This document shows, one piece after another, positions 1 to 7,571 of a stretch of DNA of 40,374 nucleotides. Each line of letters starts with the position of its first letter. Within the stretch, counting starts at the first letter, position 1. This DNA comes from PVC group bacterium. GTDB lineage: Bacteria > Auribacterota > Erginobacteria > Erginobacterales > Erginobacteraceae. The position numbers and the translations under genes are program-made. Below the pieces are notes generated by a model. That model made no database searches. It saw only the letters and a program-made list of their open reading frames with translations, and was not told the origin of the DNA. The DNA lies in assembly GCA_043804695.1 (NCBI GenBank), contig JAZDIV010000022.1:1-40374 (forward strand), written 5' to 3'.

Positions 1-10
1 AGAGCATACT

Positions 11-80
11 GGGTGGGGATTAGGGAATGGGGATTGGGGATTAGGGAATAGGCTTCCAATCCCCATTCCCTAATCCTCAC
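11..80. repeat. Heptamer-repeat (GGGGATT/AGGGAAT) imperfect hairpin just downstream of rpoN
   Basis: gggtggggattagggaatggggattggggattagggaat is followed by the complementary ccaatccccattccctaatcctcac; a related half lies near 28622-28650. Confidence 0.7.
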
Positions 81-1517
81 CTAGTATTTCTTCCGCAGAT
101 GGGAAGGGGGGATGCTGAGGATTTTACGGTACTTGGCCACCGTTCTCCGGGCCAGCGTGATATCCTGCTTGGATAGTTTTTCGACAATCTCCTGATCGCT
201 CAGGGGCCGGCGGGGTTCCTCGTCTTTGACCATCTGCTCGATGATCCGCTTCAAATTATGCGAGGAGATGTCATCGCCGGAGGTGGTCGGCGTTCCGCTG
301 GTGAAGAAGTACCGGAGAGGAAACGTGCCCCGGGGGGTCTGGATATACTTGTTCGCGACCGCCCGGCTGACCGTCGATTCGTGGATCCCGACGACCGGCG
401 CGATCTCGGTCATCTTGAGGGGTCGGAGGAAGGCGATCCCCTTGTCGAGAAACTCCCTCTGCCGCCGGACGATCTCCTTCGTGAGCTTGTAGAGTGTCTC
501 CTGGCGGAGCCGGATGTTCTTGATCAGCCAGAGGCCGCCCCGGAGTTTCTCCCGGATGTACTCCCTGGTCTTCTCCGGTGTCGCCGGGTCGTCGAGCAGC
601 CGCCGGTACCGGCTGCTGATCCGGAGCCGGGGCGTGTATTCCCGGTTAAAAATGATCCGGTATTCGCCGTCATCTTTTTCCAGGTAGATATCCGGCGTGA
701 CATACCGGGTTTCGTCGGCGCTGAAGACCCTCCCCGGTTTTGGGTCCAGGGTGGCGATAAACTCGGCCGCCTGCCGGACCCGTTCCGGGGTTGTCTTCAG
801 AGTCCGCGCGATCCGGGGATACCTGTTCGCCGCCAGCTCATCCATGAACCGGCTGATGATCTCGCGGGCCAGGGGGTCGGCCCCCTCCCGGCTCTTGAAC
901 TGGAGGAGGAGGCATTCCCGCAGGTCGCGGGCGCCGACTCCCGGCGGGTGAAACGTCCGGATCAAACTCAGCACCCCGGACGCCTCCTCAACGCCGGTCC
1001 CGGTTTCCCGGGCGATCTCTTCCAGCGATTCGGTGAGATAGCCGTTCTCGTCAATGTTGCCGATGATGACTTCTCCCACCGCTTTTTCCCGGTCCGAGAC
1101 CACGGAGGTGTTGAGCTGCATCAAGAGATGCTCGGAGAGGGTATCGCTCCGGGAGATCGAGTTCTCCAGAAAACGCTGCGTCTCCTCGTCGAGGGCGTGA
1201 TACCGGGCCCGGGCGGAACTCCGGTCCTGGAAGAAGTACTCCTTCCATTCATCGTTCAGAGCGGACAGGCGGTCGATCTCCGCCTCGAGCTCCAATTCAT
1301 CGACGCCTTTCTCGGCCGGAGCATCATCGAGAACCCCCGGGACGGGTTTCTCCTGCTCGATCGAATCTTCCAGGAGCGGGTTCTGGACCATCTCGTCCTG
1401 GATGATGGTCCTCAACTCTTGGAGAGGCACCTGGAGGAGGAAGATGGCCTGCTGCATCTGCGGCGAGAGGACCATCCGCTGTTCCATCCGGGCGAGCTGT
1501 TGAAGCGTTAATGCCAT
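81..1517 (-). CDS. rpoN: RNA polymerase sigma-54 factor
   Basis: Q/L-rich N-terminus (LSPQMQQAIFLLQ), PPGVGARDLRECL, HESTVSRA helix-turn-helix, RpoN box ARRTVAKYR. Confidence 0.97.
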   Translation of the reverse strand: MALTLQQLARMEQRMVLSPQMQQAIFLLQVPLQELRTIIQDEMVQNPLLEDSIEQEKPVPGVLDDAPAEKGVDELELEAEIDRLSALNDEWKEYFFQDRSSARARYHALDEETQRFLENSISRSDTLSEHLLMQLNTSVVSDREKAVGEVIIGNIDENGYLTESLEEIARETGTGVEEASGVLSLIRTFHPPGVGARDLRECLLLQFKSREGADPLAREIISRFMDELAANRYPRIARTLKTTPERVRQAAEFIATLDPKPGRVFSADETRYVTPDIYLEKDDGEYRIIFNREYTPRLRISSRYRRLLDDPATPEKTREYIREKLRGGLWLIKNIRLRQETLYKLTKEIVRRQREFLDKGIAFLRPLKMTEIAPVVGIHESTVSRAVANKYIQTPRGTFPLRYFFTSGTPTTSGDDISSHNLKRIIEQMVKDEEPRRPLSDQEIVEKLSKQDITLARRTVAKYRKILSIPPSHLRKKY

Positions 1518-1761
1518 AATTTTTACTCTGTAAAAATTATTGTGTTTTTAATTGCCCGCATGATTTTTCAAAGTGCTGAAGTTCTTAATTTCAAGATCAG
1601 CCCAGATATTAATATAATCATAAAAGTGCTGATAGTCAAATCAATCGTATTTAAGATCTGTCTTCTTGCTAACCGGGAAGGGATCGTCTATCATCGTCAG
1701 GAGAAGTCGGTAGTTTTTTCTGGATTGCTTTAACAAAGCCATGATAGTCTTTGTTCAAAAC

Positions 1762-1789
1762 TAAATTAGCGACCAGAGGAGCTAATTTA
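1762..1789. repeat. Family B palindrome variant (TAAATTAGC...GCTAATTTA) enclosing the RBS of the MBL gene
   Basis: taaattagc-gaccagagga-gctaattta runs into the ATG at 1789; arms match those at 2644 and 36838. Confidence 0.65.
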
Positions 1790-2640
1790 TGTCACTGAAA
1801 GTCTGCGTTCTGGCCAGCGGAAGCCAGGGGAACTGCACCTTTATTGCAACCTCCTCCACCCGGATCCTGATCGACGCGGGGCTGAGCGGACGGAGGACCA
1901 TTGAACGGCTCGCCCAGCTGCGGGTGGCGGTGGAGGAGATTGACGCCATTCTGGTCGGCCACGAGCACGCCGACCACGTCCGGGGGCTGCCGGCTCTGGC
2001 CGGGAAGTACGCCCGGCCGGTTTATCTGAACCGGGCGACCGCGGACGCCGCCGTGGCCGCGCTGGAAAAAGCCGCCACCGTCAGGATCTTCACCAACGGC
2101 CAGTCCTGGGAGATCGGCGACCTCACCGTCCTCCCCTTCTCGGTCTTCCACGACGCGCAGGACCCGGTCGGGTTCGTGATCAGGCAGGGTCCGCACGCGG
2201 TGACGGTGGCCACCGACCTGGGGACGCCCACCCGCCTGGTCAGGGAACGGCTGCGGGGCTCCCGGGTGGTCATCCTGGAGGCGAACCACGACCCGGCCCT
2301 GCTGATGAACGGCAACCGTCCCTGGAGCCTGAAGCAGCGCATCAAAAGCAGCCAGGGGCATCTTTCCAACGAGGACGCGGCTGATCTTCTGGCCGAGGAA
2401 ACCGACGCTTCCCTGACCGATATCTTCCTGGCCCATCTCAGCCGGGACTGCAATTGCCCGGAGTCCGCCCGGAGGGTGGTGACGGAGCGGCTCCGGAAAG
2501 CGGGGAAGCCGGCGGTCCGCGTCCGTCTCACCTACCCGGACCGGATCAGCGACGTGGTGGAGGTCGGGGATGAACCCACCTCCGATTCTATGGTCCAGGA
2601 TAGTGTACCAACCGTCAGGCAACTCGGGTTAAATTTTTAA
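1789..2640 (+). CDS. MBL-fold metallo-hydrolase, YycJ/WalJ-like
   Basis: LASGSQGN, LIDAG, HEHADH, HDA, TDLG, LEANHD, GHLSN and AHLS motifs. Confidence 0.9.
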   Translation: MSLKVCVLASGSQGNCTFIATSSTRILIDAGLSGRRTIERLAQLRVAVEEIDAILVGHEHADHVRGLPALAGKYARPVYLNRATADAAVAALEKAATVRIFTNGQSWEIGDLTVLPFSVFHDAQDPVGFVIRQGPHAVTVATDLGTPTRLVRERLRGSRVVILEANHDPALLMNGNRPWSLKQRIKSSQGHLSNEDAADLLAEETDASLTDIFLAHLSRDCNCPESARRVVTERLRKAGKPAVRVRLTYPDRISDVVEVGDEPTSDSMVQDSVPTVRQLGLNF

Positions 2641-2643
2641 CAA

Positions 2644-2670
2644 TAAATTAGCGCCTCCGGCGCTAATTTA
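2644..2670. repeat. Family B palindrome, possible terminator
   Basis: taaattagcgcc-tcc-ggcgctaattta followed by a T-run; identical arms at 36838-36864. Confidence 0.8.
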
Positions 2671-2711
2671 GTTTTTTACTGGTTTAGCATTAATAGTTCT
2701 GCTTAAATAGG

Positions 2712-2919
2712 CCCTGTTCGAAAAGGTCTTCGAGCAGGAAATTCTAAATCCTAATATCGAAATCCTAAATAAATCCAAAATCCAAATGACCAAATATCCA
2801 AATATCGCGATGCCTGGGGAAATTGTTTTGAATTTATGATTTTGGTCATTTGATATTATTTAGGATTTAGGATTTAGGTATTATAATTTTAGAGCTTACG
2901 AGCTTTTCGAGTAAGCTCT
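2712..2919. mobile_element. About 210-bp MITE-like element, family C copy 1
   Basis: Terminal hairpins containing TCGAAAAG/CTTTTCGA and internal AAATCCT-type heptamer arms; inverted homolog at 35512-35721. Confidence 0.7.
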
Positions 2920-2964
2920 ATCCAAGGGCATTAGCCCTGGTTCATTGCAAATAAAGGAAACATC

Positions 2965-4068
2965 ATGGCCGGAGTGCGGGTAGAGAATGTCAGGAAGGTG
3001 TATCCGGGCGGGGTGGTCGCGGTCCACCGGGCCAGCCTCGAGATCCGGGACCGGGAATTCATGGTGCTGGTGGGGCCGTCGGGCTGCGGGAAGTCAACCT
3101 TCCTGCGGATGATCGCCGGGCTGGAGACCATCACCGAAGGCGAGATCTACATCGGCGGCCGGCTGGTCAACGACCTTCCCCCCAAGGACCGGAACATCGC
3201 CATGGTCTTCCAGAACTACGCCCTCTATCCGCACATGACCGTCCGCCAGAACCTGGCCTTCGGACTCAAGCTCCGCCGGACCCCCGCCGCCGAGGTCCAG
3301 CAGAGGGTGCAGGCCGCCGCCGAGATCCTCGAGATCCCCCAGCTCCTCGACCGGAAACCGAAACAGCTCTCCGGCGGCCAGCGTCAGCGGGTGGCGGTGG
3401 GCCGGGCCATCGTCCGGAACCCCGATGTCTTTCTCTTCGACGAACCGCTCTCCAACCTCGACGCCAAGCTCCGGGTCCAGATGCGGGCCGAGATCAGCAA
3501 GCTCCACCGGAAGCTCGACGCGACGATGATCTATGTCACCCACGACCAGACCGCGGCGATGACGATGGGAGACCGGATCGTGGTCCTGAAGGACGGCGTT
3601 ATCCACCAGGTCGCCCCCCCGATCGAGCTCTACCGCCGCCCGGTCGACCGCTTTGTCGCCGGTTTCATCGGGTCCCCCCCCATGAACTTCATCCGGGGGA
3701 AGATCGGGGAGGAAGGAGGGAGGCTTTATTTCGACGAAGGCGGATTCCGGGTCCGGCCCGTCCCCGAACAGGCCGGGGTCCTGGCGCCCTTCCGGGGGAG
3801 GGAGATCGTCTTCGGAATCCGCCCCGAAGACGTGCACCAGCAGAAGTACGCCCCCGACGGTTGCCCGGAGAGCCATCTGGTCGCGGCGGTGGAGGAGGTG
3901 GAACCGCTGGGGGCCGAGATGTTTGTGCACTTCTCGGCGGGGTCGGCCCGCTTTGTGGGGCGGATCGTCATCCGGGACTATATCCATATCGGCGAGAGCA
4001 TTGACCTGGTCTTCGACATGAGTAAGGCTCATTTTTTCGATCCCGAGAGCGGGAAGACGGTTGGATAG
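2965..4068 (+). CDS. Carbohydrate ABC transporter ATP-binding subunit (MalK/MsmX/UgpC family)
   Basis: Walker A GPSGCGKS, FQNYALYPHM, LSGGQRQR, LFDEPLSNLD, YVTHDQ, FIGSPPMN, C-terminal TOBE-like region. Confidence 0.95.
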   Translation: MAGVRVENVRKVYPGGVVAVHRASLEIRDREFMVLVGPSGCGKSTFLRMIAGLETITEGEIYIGGRLVNDLPPKDRNIAMVFQNYALYPHMTVRQNLAFGLKLRRTPAAEVQQRVQAAAEILEIPQLLDRKPKQLSGGQRQRVAVGRAIVRNPDVFLFDEPLSNLDAKLRVQMRAEISKLHRKLDATMIYVTHDQTAAMTMGDRIVVLKDGVIHQVAPPIELYRRPVDRFVAGFIGSPPMNFIRGKIGEEGGRLYFDEGGFRVRPVPEQAGVLAPFRGREIVFGIRPEDVHQQKYAPDGCPESHLVAAVEEVEPLGAEMFVHFSAGSARFVGRIVIRDYIHIGESIDLVFDMSKAHFFDPESGKTVG

Positions 4069-4106
4069 ATAAATATCTGATAACAAAGTGAACTAATCTG
4101 CTTTTT

Positions 4107-4122
4107 CGGCATTTTAATTGCA
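4107..4122 (+). promoter_or_regulatory. Candidate sigma-54 (-24/-12) promoter
   Basis: cGGCAttttaaTTGCA has the exact GG-N10-GC spacing; about 215 nt upstream of the 4336 start. Confidence 0.4.
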
Positions 4123-4335
4123 TAATTATGGTACTGTTTGTAAGATGAATTTTCGCATCTGTGTATAGCCATGAGGCCACGGGCGGTCACACAATAATCC
4201 GGCCAAAATTACCGTTATGGCATGAACTGCTGGATGTATACTAACCCCATAATCATCATCAATCTGTGTTCATTGTAGTAAAGGTGATTAATATATAAAT
4301 TTACGAAGCGAGCTAATTTATAAAGGAGACCGACC

Positions 4336-5574
4336 ATGGCGGAAGAAAGACCTCGGGAAGAACAGGGAAGGATGTCGGGCCAGGAAGGCTACGGAGCGGA
4401 AAAATCGTTCGGGCCGGACTCGGGGCTGGAGCCGCCGCTGAAGCCGATCGACCAGGCGGACCTCTCCGAGGAGAAGGGTGTCCGGGAGTTCCCCGACGAG
4501 ACGCTCTGCCCCAGCTGCGGCCGTTTCGTGGGGGCGTACGAGAAGTGTCCCTACTGCGGAGCCGAGTTAAAAAAAAGGATGTCGCTGATCATGTGGAAAC
4601 GGATCGCGGTCTTCGGGACGCTTCTGGGGTTGGGCATCATGTGGTTCGCGGCCACCCGGATGGAGCCGGCCAAGATCCAGATCGGAGAGATCCAGGAGAC
4701 CTATAACAACGCCCAGGTCACCATCCAGGGGGTGGTGATCGGACGCAGACTGGATGAGGACAAGGGAAGTATCACCCTGGTTATCGCCGATAAGAGCGGG
4801 TCGATCCAGGCCCGGAGTTTCAGCGCCCTGCCGAAGTTCAAAGAACTTGGGAATATCCCCAAGGTCGGGGATTTAATCTCGACGGTCGGAACCATCGGGG
4901 TCGATGCCGTCTACGGCACCTCTCTCAATCTGGGCCTGCCGCACCGGCTGAAGATATTGGAGTCCAAGCCGCCGGAGGAGATCGAGATCTCCAAGCTCAG
5001 AAAGGCCAACGTCAACACCACCGCGACAGTGGCGGGAATGGTGAAGTACCCTCCCCGTTTCGGGAAGGCCACCATCACCGACGGGGTGAACGACCTGGTC
5101 GTCTCTCTTGATCCGAGAAACCTGGGAGAGGAGATCCCCGAATTCAAGACCGGGGAGGGGGTCGAGGTGACCGGCGTGATCATCAGCGGGATGGAAGGCT
5201 ACACCATTATCCCGGGGACCGTCGAGGATATCAAGCCGGCAGAGGAGGTTGCCGTGGGCATCTCCCAGAAGAAGATCAGCGAGATCACCATGGCGGACCT
5301 GGGCGAGCTGGTGGAAGTCGAGGGGAAGGTGGTTAAATTCAAGGCCTTCAAGACGGGCGGCGGCGCGGCCACCATATCGGACGATACCGGATCCATCGAG
5401 CTCGGGCCGCTCTTCGCCAGCGTCTTCGACAAAATTCCCGACAGCCATAAGCTGAAGATTCCCGGGACCCGGGTCAAGGCCAAGGGAACGGTTGCCCAGT
5501 TCCGGGGCAGCCTTCAGGTGAACCCGGGCAGCGCCGAGAATGTAACCATTATCGCACCTGAAAAGAAACCGTAA
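4336..5574 (+). CDS. Membrane-anchored protein: zinc ribbon, one TM helix, about three OB-fold repeats
   Basis: CPSC-x9-CPYC; hydrophobic IAVFGTLLGLGIMWFAA; three repeats of I(G/S)(E/K)(I/L)...V-x-(I/V)-x-G-x-V...I-x-D-x-(S/T)G; ends FRGSLQVNP; RBS AAGGAG. Confidence 0.75.
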   Translation: MAEERPREEQGRMSGQEGYGAEKSFGPDSGLEPPLKPIDQADLSEEKGVREFPDETLCPSCGRFVGAYEKCPYCGAELKKRMSLIMWKRIAVFGTLLGLGIMWFAATRMEPAKIQIGEIQETYNNAQVTIQGVVIGRRLDEDKGSITLVIADKSGSIQARSFSALPKFKELGNIPKVGDLISTVGTIGVDAVYGTSLNLGLPHRLKILESKPPEEIEISKLRKANVNTTATVAGMVKYPPRFGKATITDGVNDLVVSLDPRNLGEEIPEFKTGEGVEVTGVIISGMEGYTIIPGTVEDIKPAEEVAVGISQKKISEITMADLGELVEVEGKVVKFKAFKTGGGAATISDDTGSIELGPLFASVFDKIPDSHKLKIPGTRVKAKGTVAQFRGSLQVNPGSAENVTIIAPEKKP

Positions 5575-5577
5575 TCA

Positions 5578-5626
5578 TTAACCCGATTTATTCCCGCCTG
5601 CGGCAGGCAGGCATAAATCGGGTTAA
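5578..5626. repeat. Family D palindrome (TAACCCGATTTA...TAAATCGGGTTA) with a small GC-rich insert in the loop
   Basis: Perfect 14-bp arms; loop holds cccgcctgcggcaggcaggc; insert-free copies at 35443 and 38087. Confidence 0.85.
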
Positions 5627-5835
5627 TTTTGAACAATGACAGAGATTAAAGAACGGCAACGCGAGAACATATTGATTTTATCGAATTCTTCTGCAATGAG
5701 TTCCGGTCAGAGATCTTATTCGGGAGGCACTGTTAACCCGGAAGAATAACACGTTGTCCTTTCGGGGAAGAAAAACAGTGTACTGTTGCCTTATTAACAA
5801 GATTGCTAACCGTAATACTTTGAACGATTAATAGG

Positions 5836-5884
5836 TAGCCCGGATTATTATGAAAATTTTCAATTTTCATAATAATCCGGGTTA
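5836..5884. repeat. Family E palindrome, about 50 bp
   Basis: cccggattattatgaaaatt...aattttcataataatccggg; homologs at 12555 and 37955. Confidence 0.85.
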
Positions 5885-5898
5885 AAGAGGACCGGACC

Positions 5899-7287
5899 AT
5901 GGAACACTGGATAATATTATTATTATACGGACTGGCTGGGACACTCCTGGGAGGCTTCCTCTTTGTTGTCCCTTCGATTCATTTCCTGAACTTCTCCGGG
6001 GTGATCATCGCGCTCTGGGGTCACTACCACGGGCTCTTCCCGGCGGACGCGCCGCTGACGCTCTTCGCCTTCTTCATGGGGATGGTGGTCTCCTTCGGGA
6101 TCATGAATACCATCCCCTCGATGTTCTTAGGAGCGCCGGATGAATCGGCCGTCTTCGTGGTCCTCCCGGGAGCCAAGTACATGCTCCAGGGGAAGGGATA
6201 TGAAGCGTCCATGCTGACCGGCATCGGGGGACTGCTGGGGATCTTATTCCTGGCCTTGATCACCCCCTTCTTCTTCTTCGGGCTCCCCAAGCTCCACGTG
6301 ATCCTGGGACCGCACATGCACTGGATCCTGGGGCTGATCATTGTCTACATGCTGATGAGCGAGTGGCCCAAGGGGACCGGGAAGGGCGAGACCTGGTGGA
6401 TAAAGTTAAAGGGCGCCTGGGCCAACCTCTTCGCGGGGTTGGCGACCTTCGGCCTCTCCGCCTTCATGGGCTTCCTCATCTTCAACCGGACGATGGTCCC
6501 GGCCAAGATGGGCTTCCAGGGGCTGCTCCCGATCTTCGTGGGGCTCTTCGCCGTCTCCAGCCTGATCTCCGCCATCCTCTCCAAGCAGAAGATTCCCCAC
6601 CAGCACATCAGTAACGATATCGATCTCGACTACAAGACGATGTGGAAGGGATGGATGCCGGGCTGTATCGGGGGATTCCTGGCCGCCTACCTCCCTGGGG
6701 TTACCGGGGGGATCGGGGGCTTGATCGCGGGCCATGCCTGCGCCCAGCGGGACGACCGGATCTTCGTGATGAGCCAGGGGGTCTCCAAGGTGGTCTATTA
6801 CACCGGCCAGTTCCTCCTCTTCTTTATCCCTTCTTACTTCTTTCTTAAGGGGGGATTGAAACGAGGGGGAATGGCGATCAATCTCGGTCCGTTCTACAAG
6901 CCGACGCTCCTGCAGGAGTATGTCTTTATCTTCGGGGTGGTGGTGATGGCGGCCTGTATTTCGTTCCTCCTCCTCTCCTTCAACTCGAAGTGGATCATCA
7001 AGCTGATCGCCAGAGTTCCCTACCAGAAGCTCTCCTACGCGTCCCTGGCAATCGTGGTGGTGATGGTCTTCTTCATGCCCGCGATGTTAGAAGGGACGAT
7101 CAACGGGGCGACTCTGATGAGCGGGCTCCAGGTAATTGGGATCATGTGCGTCAGTACCTGCCTGGGCCTGCTCCCGATCTTTTACCACTGCCGCCGTTCC
7201 AACTGCATGGCGGTGATCATTGTTCCGATCTGTATCAGCATGTCCGGCTATGGCCCGGCTCTCGCCGGTTTCCTGGGCCTTACTTAA
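5899..7287 (+). CDS. TctA-like (archaeal DUF112/COG1784-type) polytopic membrane permease
   Basis: About 12 TM segments; VVPSIH, IPSMFLGAPDES, LPGAKYMLQGKGYEA, LLPIFVGLFAVSSL and YLPGVTG match the TctA family pattern. Confidence 0.8.
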   Translation: MEHWIILLLYGLAGTLLGGFLFVVPSIHFLNFSGVIIALWGHYHGLFPADAPLTLFAFFMGMVVSFGIMNTIPSMFLGAPDESAVFVVLPGAKYMLQGKGYEASMLTGIGGLLGILFLALITPFFFFGLPKLHVILGPHMHWILGLIIVYMLMSEWPKGTGKGETWWIKLKGAWANLFAGLATFGLSAFMGFLIFNRTMVPAKMGFQGLLPIFVGLFAVSSLISAILSKQKIPHQHISNDIDLDYKTMWKGWMPGCIGGFLAAYLPGVTGGIGGLIAGHACAQRDDRIFVMSQGVSKVVYYTGQFLLFFIPSYFFLKGGLKRGGMAINLGPFYKPTLLQEYVFIFGVVVMAACISFLLLSFNSKWIIKLIARVPYQKLSYASLAIVVVMVFFMPAMLEGTINGATLMSGLQVIGIMCVSTCLGLLPIFYHCRRSNCMAVIIVPICISMSGYGPALAGFLGLT

Positions 7288-7333
7288 AATTCATCCCGCC
7301 GCCCTTTCAGGGCGGCGGGATGAATTTTAAGTA
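7281..7333. terminator. Perfect 25-bp inverted repeat overlapping the stop codon (terminator or hairpin element)
   Basis: tacttaaaattcatcccgccgccct-ttc-agggcggcgggatgaattttaagta. Confidence 0.75.
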
Positions 7334-7571
7334 GTGGGATTAAAGTGGGTTGGGAAGAGTAAAATAATAATCGGATAATAGTAATTAATGGTTAGAAGAA
7401 CCCAAGGTACCACGCCTAAATTATTTGATTTAGCTTATGATATAACCTGGATCAGGAAATCATGAGGGGTAGTAATATCGTTTGGAAGTAACGGATCTAT
7501 TACGTACATAAACAGAATATTTTTCCCGAAAGGGAAAAATACTCACTATTTTTTCCGGAGGAAAAAATAAA

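Noticed and set aside
258..1511. Long antisense and alternate-frame ORFs (for example 258-1511, 3094-4086, 11479-12516, 15814-16821, 22178-23155, 24040-25008, 25628-26725)
   Set aside because: They shadow well-supported genes in GC-rich DNA and show no recognisable motifs
1518..1788. AT-rich stretch and 63-aa ORF between rpoN and the MBL gene
   Set aside because: Consistent with an ordinary divergent promoter region; the ORF has no coding features
4218..4231. Other TGGCA...TGC sigma-54-like sites (4218, 9711)
   Set aside because: The GG-to-GC spacing is shorter than the required 10 nt
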